Part shown: piece after piece, positions 42,935 to 53,579 of the stretch
How the letters are laid out: every line of letters starts with the position of its first letter
How positions within the stretch are numbered: the stretch's first letter is position 1
Assembly (NCBI GenBank): GCA_963664825.1
Contig: OY761614.1
Span: 3,104,001 to 3,168,000 of the forward strand
From: an uncultured Holophaga sp.
GTDB lineage: Bacteria > Acidobacteriota > Holophagae > Holophagales > Holophagaceae
Length of the DNA: 64,000 nt
Reading direction: 5' to 3'
Position numbers and translations under genes: made by a program
Notes under the pieces: model-generated
Database searches by the model: none
Told to the model about the DNA's origin: nothing
What the model saw: the letters and a program-made list of their open reading frames with translations, nothing else

Positions 42935-42977
42935 AAGGGGGCCATGAGGATGCTCTGGTCCCCCCCTTGACCCCATG
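42935..42977. repeat. Intergenic hairpin related to the element inside hydE
   Basis: AAGGGGGCC...GTCCCCCCCTTGACCCCATG here versus AAGGGGGGACC...GTCCCCCCTTGGACCCCCATG on the minus strand at 34627-34680. Confidence 0.55.
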
Positions 42978-43029
42978 TGTTGTCCACGCGAAAAGGCCAG
43001 AGCTGCTTGACTGAAGTGTCGTGGAGAGC

Positions 43030-43290
43030 CTATCGAACCCAGTTCCGATTGGGATCTTTCACGTAGAACCTCATGACTGTGCCGCATGTTTGACAGAGGT
43101 CCCCAAAGAGTTGTTCGGCCCCTTGGAAGATGGCCGCTGTTTTATAGACAAGTCCGATGCGACCCACCTCCGCATTCTGGCCGATTTTCACCCCCGTGAG
43201 GATGTCTCCGCCGTCACAGTGGGGGCATCTTTCATTACTGATCGCGCCCTCCTGGAGGTTGTCGGTTGCCTGGGGTCTCGGAATGTCCAT
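43030..43290 (-). CDS. Small zinc-ribbon hypothetical protein
   Basis: CPHC...CQTCG pair; lower GC3 than neighbours. Confidence 0.6.
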   Translation of the reverse strand: MDIPRPQATDNLQEGAISNERCPHCDGGDILTGVKIGQNAEVGRIGLVYKTAAIFQGAEQLFGDLCQTCGTVMRFYVKDPNRNWVR

Positions 43291-43450
43291 ATCGCTATCC
43301 CCGTCTGGCCTGAAGGTGCTCGGTCTTCGGTGGTGACCACGTAGTCCAGTCGATCATACCCAGGAAGAGATATCGGAACGAAGGCCGCAACCGGATCCAA
43401 GTGAGTTTGCGAGCTGCCTGGGGAAGCGTGTCTTCATAGGGTGCGTACAA

Positions 43451-43478
43451 ACACAGAGGCTCCGGGGAGCCTCTGTGT
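43451..43478 (-). terminator. Terminator downstream of the MCP gene
   Basis: Stem ACACAGAGGCTCC/GGAGCCTCTGTGT, 25 bp after the stop codon. Confidence 0.7.
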
Positions 43479-43502
43479 AATGTCCAATTTAGCGAATTAG
43501 GA

Positions 43503-45053
43503 TTAGACCTTGAACCTGGAGACGAGGGTATTCAGGCTCTCGGCCAACTTGCTGAGCTCATCGACGGTGCGCGTGGTCTCGCGGATCGTGGCGGCCATTT
43601 CTTCCGTAGCCGCGGCGTTCTGCTCGGCGATGCCGGAGAGCTCGCCCATGGCGCCCACCACCGTAGAACTGTCCTGGCTCTGGGTTTGACTCTGGCTACC
43701 GATGGCCTTCATGCGCTCGGCGCTGGCGGTGATGGCCTCCTGGATGCTCTGGAGGGCGGAACCGGCGGTATTCACCATGCTGGTGCCATCGTCGATGCTC
43801 TTGGTGCTGGTATGGATGAGGGCCGTGATCTCCTTGGCCGCCTGGGCGCTGCGCTCAGCCAGCTTGCGGACTTCCTCAGCCACCACCGCGAATCCCTTGC
43901 CGTGTTCGCCGGCCTTGGCGGCCTCGATGGCGGCATTGAGGGAGAGGAGGTTGGTCTGATTGGCGATTTCGGTGATGACGGTGAGGATATTGCCGATCTG
44001 CTTGGAATTCTGATTGATGGCCTGCATGCCCGTCACGGCGGCGCTGACGGCGGTGCCGCCCTTGGTGCCGGCGTTTTGAGCCTGGTCGAAGACTTTGAGG
44101 GCATCAGACACCGTGGTGTAGATGACCTTCGAAGAACCGGCGATGGTCCCGACGCTCTGGGTGGCCTGTTCGACACTGGATTTCTGGTTCTCGGCGGTCT
44201 GGGCGATGGCGTCGGCGGTGGAAGCCATTTCGGTCATGCCGGCGGTCATCTGAAGCGAACCCGAGGCGATGTTGGTGGAGATGGTGATCACCTGCTGGAC
44301 GATGTTCTGGATGTTTTCGACGAAATGGTTGAAGTGCTTCGATAGCTGGGCGATCTCGTCCTCTCCATCGGCTTCCAGGCGAGCGGTGAGGTCTCCCTCT
44401 CCCTCGGAGATGTCCCGCATGCTCTGCTGGATGATCTCCAGCGGTTTGACGATGGCGTTGCCCAGGAGCATCGCGGCGCCGAGGCCGAGGGCCAGCATGA
44501 CCAAGCCCAGGCCGAACATCATGGCCACGCCCTTGGTGATTTGCTTATCGATGGCGGAGGTGTTCATCACCACGACCTGGTACCACTTCTTGCCCGGATC
44601 GGTGAGGTTGTCCACTTCGTTGCTGCCGTCCAGGAGATGAGAGGTGACCACGCGGTAGCCGCTCTTCTCATACCGGAGGCTGCCTTCGGCCACCTGCTTG
44701 ATGAAGTCCTTGGGATCGAGCTTGTCGGCATTGGCAAACTTCTTCACGGCCTTGATGGAGACGTTCTTCTTGTCATCGACACCCACGACCATGCCCATGG
44801 AGACATCGGGATCCTTGCCCAGGCTCTCCATGCCCTTGACCATGGAATCGCTCTGATCGATCTGGAGGAAGGCCTTGATGTTTTCTCCGGTCATCGCAGC
44901 TAGGCTCAGCCCGTTCTGCCATTGGGCGTCCGTCTGGGCTGATCTCATGGCCCAGCCTGCGAAACCGCCCGCCGTGAGGGCCAGGACTGCCGTGAGAAGA
45001 AGAATGGAGTAGAGAAGCTTCTTCCGAATATTGAGACGCTTCCAGAATTCCAT
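43503..45053 (-). CDS. Methyl-accepting chemotaxis protein
   Basis: Two TM segments; HAMP (GEGDLTARL...DEIAQL); [40 protein letters not shown]. Confidence 0.95.
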   Translation of the reverse strand: MEFWKRLNIRKKLLYSILLLTAVLALTAGGFAGWAMRSAQTDAQWQNGLSLAAMTGENIKAFLQIDQSDSMVKGMESLGKDPDVSMGMVVGVDDKKNVSIKAVKKFANADKLDPKDFIKQVAEGSLRYEKSGYRVVTSHLLDGSNEVDNLTDPGKKWYQVVVMNTSAIDKQITKGVAMMFGLGLVMLALGLGAAMLLGNAIVKPLEIIQQSMRDISEGEGDLTARLEADGEDEIAQLSKHFNHFVENIQNIVQQVITISTNIASGSLQMTAGMTEMASTADAIAQTAENQKSSVEQATQSVGTIAGSSKVIYTTVSDALKVFDQAQNAGTKGGTAVSAAVTGMQAINQNSKQIGNILTVITEIANQTNLLSLNAAIEAAKAGEHGKGFAVVAEEVRKLAERSAQAAKEITALIHTSTKSIDDGTSMVNTAGSALQSIQEAITASAERMKAIGSQSQTQSQDSSTVVGAMGELSGIAEQNAAATEEMAATIRETTRTVDELSKLAESLNTLVSRFKV

Positions 45054-45200
45054 GGGGGGCTCCTCGAACAGAAAAGACACAATCAAGTGATGCTAACGCC
45101 AGAAGTCTTCCAGATGCTGAATATTGCGTGATGCGGAAGCTTGAAAGCAAGATCCTGAATTCTGGCCTTGGAAGCTCGAACTCGGGGCAGGGTTTGGGAC

Positions 45201-45884
45201 CTAGGAACCCATGGGGCGGGATCCGAAAAAAGCCGTTCCGATGCGCACCTGATCGCTGCCAGCGGCAATGGCTGCCTCCAAATCAGCACTCATTCCCATG
45301 CTGATCCGCAGGGGGAGGCCCAGGCGTTCCTGCCATTCCTGGCGGAGCTGGGCGACGGTGGCAAAGGCCTCGGGCCGGTCCGGAGGAGGGATCGCCATGA
45401 AACCCTGCAGGGGCAGCCGGGGATCGTTCCCAAGGGCGTCCAGGAGGGCCTGGAGGTCTCCCTGGGCGCAGCCTCCTTGCTTGGTGGTCTCTCCCCAGAG
45501 GTCCACTTGAATCCAGACCTTCCGGATCAGATCCAGTTCCTCGGCGAAGGCGCGCAGACGTGTGGCGAGTTCGGGACGATCCAGGCTGAGGATTTCCCGG
45601 AAGGATTGTAGGGCCAACCGGGCCTTGTTCCGCTGGAGGGGCCCGGTCAGGACGAAATCCAGATGGGGAAATTCCTGGGCCTTGGCGCTCCCCTCCTGGA
45701 CATAGTTCTCGCCGAAGCGCGAATAGCCCAATTCACTCGCTTCTCGGATGAGGGCCGAGGGCTGGCGCTTGGAGATTGGGAGGACTTCGACGGAATCGAC
45801 GCTGCGGCCACAGGCTTCGCAGGCGGCTCTTACACGAGCCTCGACCTTGCGGATGTTGTAGACGAGTCCGGGTTCGGATGTCAT
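45201..45884 (-). CDS. yggS: YggS family PLP-binding protein
   Basis: ISK, FGENYVQE, GPLQRNK, SMGMSAD and VRIGTAFFG motifs. Confidence 0.92.
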   Translation of the reverse strand: MTSEPGLVYNIRKVEARVRAACEACGRSVDSVEVLPISKRQPSALIREASELGYSRFGENYVQEGSAKAQEFPHLDFVLTGPLQRNKARLALQSFREILSLDRPELATRLRAFAEELDLIRKVWIQVDLWGETTKQGGCAQGDLQALLDALGNDPRLPLQGFMAIPPPDRPEAFATVAQLRQEWQERLGLPLRISMGMSADLEAAIAAGSDQVRIGTAFFGSRPMGS

Positions 45885-45901
45885 GGGGCGGTCATTTGGG
45901 C

Positions 45902-46606
45902 TTAGGACTGAGGCGGGATGAAGAGGATCCGCTGGCAGTATTCGCAGGGGATGGTCCCCTGTTCCCGGAGCTGGGCGAGCAGGGGGCCCCTGAGCTTGGT
46001 GCGGCAGCCCCCGCAGTTCCCGTTTTCCACCGGCACGACGGCCCGGCCTTGGCGCTGGGCGATGAGCTTATTGAACCGGGAGAGGGCGGCGGGTTCCAGC
46101 TGGACCTCGAGTTCCGTGAGGCGGGTCTGATGAAGCTCCTGGGCGGCGATCTGGTTCTCGTGTTCCGAAAGGAAAATCTGGTGAAGCTCGTCGAATTGGC
46201 CCTGAAGCAGGGAGCGGCGGGCTTCGAGATCGGCCGTTTCCTGCTCCAGGAGGCTAATGCGGGCATGGGTCTCTTTCAGGGGGCGCGCCACGGCACTCGT
46301 CTGGCGCTCCCGCTCGTCCAGTTCCCGGATGGCGGAGGTGTAATGAGTCTTGTTGGTGGATTGCTTGACCGTTGCCTTCGCGTTTTGCTCGAGCTTCTGG
46401 GCCAGTTTGACCTGGTCGTCCAGATTCCCGGCCTTGGCCCGGGAATCGGCCAATTCCCTGGTGGCGATCTCCTGGCGCTTGAGGATCATCTTGAGTTCCG
46501 AATCCAGCTTGGCCATATCCGGAGGGAAGGCCGTCAGGTCTCGGTGGATGGTCCGGAGATTCTCGTGGAGGCCTTGCAGTTCCATCAGGAGGGGGAGCGT
46601 ATTCAT
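45902..46606 (-). CDS. Coiled-coil + C4 zinc-ribbon protein (DUF164-like)
   Basis: Long coiled coil followed by CGGC...CEYCQRIL. Confidence 0.85.
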   Translation of the reverse strand: MNTLPLLMELQGLHENLRTIHRDLTAFPPDMAKLDSELKMILKRQEIATRELADSRAKAGNLDDQVKLAQKLEQNAKATVKQSTNKTHYTSAIRELDERERQTSAVARPLKETHARISLLEQETADLEARRSLLQGQFDELHQIFLSEHENQIAAQELHQTRLTELEVQLEPAALSRFNKLIAQRQGRAVVPVENGNCGGCRTKLRGPLLAQLREQGTIPCEYCQRILFIPPQS

Positions 46607-46731
46607 GTTTCCAGGATAAACCCGGTGGGGATCTTGTGCTGGAGGCAAATCTTTTAAAGGCCCCGAATAGGAACAAGAAGAAAATATGCGCGTGATAGAC
46701 TAATAAAATTCAAGAATTCTCACGAAATGGG

Positions 46732-46759
46732 TTGACACAGGAATGGGGTGCGCTAGATT
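46732..46759 (+). promoter_or_regulatory. Sigma70-type promoter of groESL
   Basis: TTGACA-N16-TAGATT directly upstream of CIRCE. Confidence 0.7.
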
Positions 46760-46784
46760 AGCACTCGCTGGTAGTGAGTGCTAA
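46758..46784. promoter_or_regulatory. CIRCE element (HrcA operator)
   Basis: Perfect TTAGCACTC-N9-GAGTGCTAA upstream of groES. Confidence 0.97.
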
Positions 46785-46823
46785 CAGCGGCCCCGTTTGG
46801 GGACCCTTTCCGTGGAGGTATTC

Positions 46824-48774
<1,951 letters not shown>

Positions 48775-48809
48775 TCGAAGACTCCTGGCCGCTTCGCGGC
48801 CGGGAAGTG

Positions 48810-48849
48810 AAACAAGAAGGGCCCTGCACGCGCAGGGCCCTTCTTGTTT
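48810..48849 (+). terminator. groESL intrinsic terminator
   Basis: AAACAAGAAGGGCCCTGC-acgc-GCAGGGCCCTTCTTGTTT. Confidence 0.85.
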
Positions 48850-48939
48850 AGGCCCGGAAGGGCGGGATCTGTGCCGGTAGACTGGAAGGTGTCCGGCGGC
48901 TCCCCAGGGAGCGAATCACGATCAAGGGAGTGGTAGCGC

Positions 48940-50244
48940 ATGAAGTTTTTTATTGAGACCTGGGGTTGCCAGATGAACGACCACGATAGCGAGAAGCTAT
49001 CAGGGCTGCTCTTGGGGGAGGGCTTCGAGGAGGCCTCTGCCCCGGAGGAAGCCGATCTGGTGCTCCTCAATACCTGTTCAATCCGTGAGAAAGCCGTCCA
49101 CAAGGTCTACACGGAGCTGGGCCGCCTGCGGGAGCTCAAAGCGCAACGCCCCCTGATCATCGGCGTCACAGGCTGCCTGGCCCAGCAGGAGAAGACGGCC
49201 CTCTTCAAGCGGGCGCCCCAGGTCGATTTCGTGCTGGGCACCATGGCCCTCCAGCAACTGCCCCGGCTGGTAGCGGAAGCCCAGGCGGGGCGGGGGCGGG
49301 TCATCGATACGGGCGAGTACCCGGATAACCATCTCTTCCCTTCGGAAGTGACCCAGCGGCGCAGCCGGGCCAAGGCCCTCGTCACGATCATGGAGGGATG
49401 CAACCACGCCTGCACCTATTGCGTGGTGCCCAATACCCGCGGGGCCGAGCGCAGCCGCCCGGTTCTCGATATCCTCGCCGAAGTGCGCCTGATGGTCGAA
49501 GGGGGCTACCGGGAGATCGAGCTGCTGGGGCAGAACGTGAACAGCTATCGGGGCGGTTGCACCTTCGCTGAACTGCTGGAGCGGGTTTCAGAGGTGGAGG
49601 GTGTGGAATGGATCCGCTTCACCACCAGCCATCCCATGAATTTCACGAGAGAATTGGCCCATACCCTCGTGACCAATCCCAAGGTGGCCCCCTTCCTCCA
49701 CCTCCCTGTCCAGAGCGGCAGCGATGCCGTGCTGCGGCGGATGCGACGCGGGTACACCGTGGAACAGTATCTGGAACGCCTGGGCTACCTGGGCGCTGGT
49801 CGCGCGCGCTTCGCCCTTTCCACCGATTTCATCGTGGGCTTCCCCGGGGAGACCGACGAGGACTTCGAGGCCACCATGCAGGTGCTGGAGACGGTGAAAT
49901 ACGACACTTCCTTCAGCTTCATCTATAGTCCGCGCCCCAATACGCCCGCCCTGCGCCTCAAGGATGATCTCCCACCCTCCGTGAAGCTGGAGCGGCTCAC
50001 ACGGCTGCAGCTGCGCCAGAAGGAGCTGACGCTGGAGAGCCATGGCCGTCTGTTGGGGCTCGAAGTGGATGTGCGCATCGAGAGCGCCGAGCCCACGGAA
50101 CAGGGGCACTGGATGGCCCGCACGGGTCAGTGGCAGAACGTTCATCTGAGTGCGCCTGAAGGTTGCCGGCTCACCTTCGGCAGCCTCACTCGCGCCCGCA
50201 TCACTCATGCGGGCCCCCATTTCCTGGGGGCGGAACTGGCCTGA
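48940..50244 (+). CDS. miaB: tRNA-2-methylthio-N6-dimethylallyladenosine synthase
   Basis: TWGCQMNDHDSE, NTCSIREKA, GCNHACTYCVVP, GQNVNSY and IVGFPGET; C-terminal TRAM. Confidence 0.95.
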   Translation: MKFFIETWGCQMNDHDSEKLSGLLLGEGFEEASAPEEADLVLLNTCSIREKAVHKVYTELGRLRELKAQRPLIIGVTGCLAQQEKTALFKRAPQVDFVLGTMALQQLPRLVAEAQAGRGRVIDTGEYPDNHLFPSEVTQRRSRAKALVTIMEGCNHACTYCVVPNTRGAERSRPVLDILAEVRLMVEGGYREIELLGQNVNSYRGGCTFAELLERVSEVEGVEWIRFTTSHPMNFTRELAHTLVTNPKVAPFLHLPVQSGSDAVLRRMRRGYTVEQYLERLGYLGAGRARFALSTDFIVGFPGETDEDFEATMQVLETVKYDTSFSFIYSPRPNTPALRLKDDLPPSVKLERLTRLQLRQKELTLESHGRLLGLEVDVRIESAEPTEQGHWMARTGQWQNVHLSAPEGCRLTFGSLTRARITHAGPHFLGAELA

Positions 50245-50315
50245 TCCTTCCTCCGCACCCTTCCCGGGACGTTGCCGAGCGCCCCTGCCGTGATGATTGA
50301 GTGGAGTCCAAACCC

Positions 50316-51420
50316 ATGACATATCTGCAATATTTGCGTTTTGGTCCGATTCTGGTCTCTGGCCTCCTGATGCTTGACTGTGGGGGAGGTGGATCGACCG
50401 GTGCTGTTGCCCCCTCGGACCCGCATACGAATCCCTTGAATGGCCCCCCGGTCGGAAACCCGGATGGTCACTACGCCGTGCCCCTGGAGGCCAGGGCGGA
50501 GGATGTCTCTTCCCCCGCCCATGTCATCGGGACGGGCACTCCGGAAAGCTGCACAGGAGCTGCCTTCATCCAGGCAGTGGCCCAGGGCGGGAAGATCACC
50601 TTCAACGGTGGATCCAAGCCTTTCACCATCCTCCTCGATCGTCCCGCGAAGGTGTTCAACGATAAGCCTGATGTGGTGATCGACGGTGGCGGGTTGGTCA
50701 CGCTCAGCGGGGGTGGCGCCACCCGAATCCTCTACATGAACACCTGCGATCCAAACCAAGTCTGGACGACGAGCCACTGCCAGGACTAGGATCACCCCCG
50801 GCTCAGCGTCCAGAACCTGACCTTCATCGATGGCAACTCGCAGAACGAGTCCCAGTATGACGGCGGGGGGGCCATCTGGGTGCGGGGTGGACGCTTCAAG
50901 GTCGTGAACTGTCGATTCTTCAACAATGTCTGCGCCAGTCTCGGCCCGGATGTCGGGGGGGCGGCCCTTCGCGTATTCAGCCAGTCCGGCGGTCTGCCTG
51001 TGTACGTGGTGAACAGCACCTTCGGCGGCGCACCGGGCTACGGCAATGTGGGAGCGAACGGGGGTGGCATCAGCAGCATTGGTGTGTCCTGGTCGATCTA
51101 CAACAGCCTTTTCTCCTACAACCGGGCCATCGGTAACGGGGCCAACCCGGCCCAGGCCGGCACCCCGGGTGGAGGGAGCGGTGGCGCGATCTACAACGAT
51201 GGCAACACGATGACGCTGGCCCTGTGGGACCCTGCTCGAAGCCAACGAAGTGAATGCCCATGGTTCCGGGATCTTCTTCATCACCAATGACCGCAGTGGC
51301 ACGCTGCACATCGAGGATTCGGTGATCCGCCGAAATATCGGTGGGTCCTGGTATGAGTTGCCCGGCATTTCCATGCATAGCGACACCCACCGGGAGATCA
51401 TCAACTCCACCTTCGAATAG
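50316..51420 (+). pseudogene. Disrupted lipoprotein with right-handed beta-helix (GGAI-repeat) character
   Basis: Lipobox-like LMLDCGGGG; in-frame TAG at 50787-50789 with the frame continuing (DHPRLSVQNLTF); frameshift near 51225 to a frame reading TLLEANEVNAHGSGIFF...STFE*. Confidence 0.8.
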
Positions 51421-51468
51421 AGCTAATACCAGGGTGCGTTCGAAGAAAAGCGATGCCGGCTGCCATCG

Positions 51469-52398
51469 TCAGACCAGATCCTCCAGAGCCTCTGCCGGCT
51501 CCGAAAACCGGAAGCTGAAGCCGAGATCCAGGGCCTTCCCGGGAAGGACGAAGGCGCCTCCCAGCAGCATGGACTCGGCCATCTCCCCCACCAGGAGTCT
51601 CAGGGTATTCCGGGTGAGGCAGGCCGGCAGGGGCCAGAGGGGGCGGTGGAGGCGCTCGGCCAGGAGGCGCGTGAAGGCAGCCTGGCTGCATGGATGAGGT
51701 GCCGTGGCATTGATGGGGCCCTCGAAGGCCGGATTCCGGATGCATTCCAGGATCAGCCGTATCAGGTCCTCGATGTGGATCCAGCTGAAGCCCTGGCGGC
51801 CGCTGCCGAAGGGCGTGCCCGCGAAGCATCGGACGGGCAGGAGCAATTTGGGCAGGGCGCCGCCCTCCCGGGCCAGGACCACGCCGGTGCGGAGCTTGAC
51901 CACACGGACCCCGAGGGCCTGGGCGGGATCGGCGGCGGCCTCCCAGGCCCGGCAGAGTTCGGGCAGGAAGCCCTTTCCCAGAGCCTCGGCCTCGTCGATG
52001 GGCTCCTGGGTGGGTTCCGGGGCGCGGGTCCCGTAGATCCCGATGGCGCTGGCGTTGATGAGGACGGAAGGCCTTTCACGAGCCTTCTCGAGGGCGCTCA
52101 GGAGGCTGCGTGTCGGTCCCATCCGGCTGGACTCCAGGGCCTTTTTCCGGGCTGGGGTCCAGCGGTGGTCGGCGATGCCTTCCCCGGTCAGGTTGATCAC
52201 GGCGCAGCAGCCCTCGAGGATCCCTGGCAGGGCCTGCCATCCGTGGGCCTGGGCGCCTTGGGGCAGGTGGGCGTCATCGGGATTCCGGCTCAGGATCAGG
52301 ACTTCGGCGCCCTGTTGCAGCAGCGCCCCCGTGAGCCTCGCCCCCACCAGGCCCGTGCCACCGGCGATGAGGATCCGGCTGCCCCTGAACGCGTCCAT
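51469..52398 (-). CDS. TIGR01777 family NAD-dependent epimerase (YfcH-like)
   Basis: GGTGLVG, NLTGEGIADHRWT, SAIGIYG, GSGRQGFSWIHIED and GPINATAP. Confidence 0.9.
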   Translation of the reverse strand: MDAFRGSRILIAGGTGLVGARLTGALLQQGAEVLILSRNPDDAHLPQGAQAHGWQALPGILEGCCAVINLTGEGIADHRWTPARKKALESSRMGPTRSLLSALEKARERPSVLINASAIGIYGTRAPEPTQEPIDEAEALGKGFLPELCRAWEAAADPAQALGVRVVKLRTGVVLAREGGALPKLLLPVRCFAGTPFGSGRQGFSWIHIEDLIRLILECIRNPAFEGPINATAPHPCSQAAFTRLLAERLHRPLWPLPACLTRNTLRLLVGEMAESMLLGGAFVLPGKALDLGFSFRFSEPAEALEDLV

Positions 52399-52486
52399 GG
52401 TTTCTTCCCCGTCCGCTGTTGTGCGTGGCACATCTTCACACGGGCGGGCGGCCGGCGCACACTTCTAGCAGACTCCTGGAGGCTTT

Positions 52487-52996
52487 ATGGACGGCATGAA
52501 GGCGATCCTGACGCGTCGGAGCATCCGCAGCTTCGGGCCCGAACCCGTCGATCCGGAGGCCCTCCGCGGAATGCTCGAAGGGGCCATGCACGCGCCCTCC
52601 GCGGGCAACCAGGAGCCCTGGCGCTTCGTCGTGATCCGGGACCGGGCCACCCTGGAGGCCATTGCCACCGGCCATCCCTATGCCCTGGCGGCGAGGTCCT
52701 GCGCCCTGGCCGTGCTCGTATGCGCGGCGACCCAGGATCTGCGCCATCCGGATTTCTGGCCCCAGGATTGCGCGGCGGCCACCGAGAACCTCATGCTGGC
52801 CGCCCATATGCTCGGACTGGGCTCCGTCTGGTTGGGCCTCTATCCCCGGCAGGAGCGTATGGATCTCCTCTCCCAGCTCACCCATCTGCCCGAAGGCGTC
52901 GAACCCTTCGCCCTGGTCCCCCTGGGCCATTCCCTGGAGCACCCCGAATCCCCCGACCGCGTTCATCCGGAATGGATCCACACCGATCGCTGGTGA
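52487..52996 (+). CDS. Nitroreductase family protein
   Basis: RRSIRSF, APSAGNQEPWRF and ENLMLAAHMLGLGSVW. Confidence 0.92.
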   Translation: MDGMKAILTRRSIRSFGPEPVDPEALRGMLEGAMHAPSAGNQEPWRFVVIRDRATLEAIATGHPYALAARSCALAVLVCAATQDLRHPDFWPQDCAAATENLMLAAHMLGLGSVWLGLYPRQERMDLLSQLTHLPEGVEPFALVPLGHSLEHPESPDRVHPEWIHTDRW

Positions 52997-53034
52997 GGGT
53001 CTGGAGGCGCGGGTGAAGGCCTGAACCGGACTCC

Positions 53035-53490
53035 CTACATGGGGAGCGTCCTGGGCTTGGCGAGCCTCTCGAAGTCCCGGTAGTGGATCCACATCAGTTC
53101 CGTATGGGAACCCGCGTTGAAGGCGATCTCCTCGTCCTCCGCCAGATGGGGGTCCACGTAGACCTCCATGCCGTAGATGTTGCCGAAGGGGGGCATGGCA
53201 CCCAGTTCGCAGTCAGGGAAGTTCCCCTGGAACTCCTGTTCATGGGCGATTTCCACCTTTCTGGCGCCCATGGCCTTCTTCAGGCGTTCGGCGTGCACCT
53301 TCTGGTTCGCAGGCAGCACGGCCATGGCCAGCCTGCCATCGATCTTGAGGACGACGGATTTGGCCATCTCCTTCCCCTTGACGTGGGCCGATTCGGCCAC
53401 CTCCATGGCCGTATAGGCCTTGGAGTGGCCCAGGGTGGTGAACTTCACACCCTGGTTCTGGAGATAGGTCTTCAGGTTTCCGGTGGCCAT
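53035..53490 (-). CDS. YbaK/EbsC family aminoacyl-tRNA deacylase
   Basis: AKSVV, FPDCELGAMPPFG and FNAGSH; GGAGG SD. The longer predicted ORF upstream of 53490 is spurious. Confidence 0.9.
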   Translation of the reverse strand: MATGNLKTYLQNQGVKFTTLGHSKAYTAMEVAESAHVKGKEMAKSVVLKIDGRLAMAVLPANQKVHAERLKKAMGARKVEIAHEQEFQGNFPDCELGAMPPFGNIYGMEVYVDPHLAEDEEIAFNAGSHTELMWIHYRDFERLAKPRTLPM

Positions 53491-53579
53491 ATTGACCTCC
53501 TTGCTAGGGGACTCGCCTACAAGGTTGGGCCGTAATGACAGGGATACAATGAGTAAAAAACGATGCAGACCGTGGAATA

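Noticed and set aside
50787..50789. In-frame TAG as pyrrolysine/amber recoding, with a HydE paralogue acting as PylB
   Set aside because: The same gene also has a frameshift, many genes here end normally at TAG, no pylS/T/C/D is in the window, and both radical SAM genes carry HydE motifs and are coupled to hydF.
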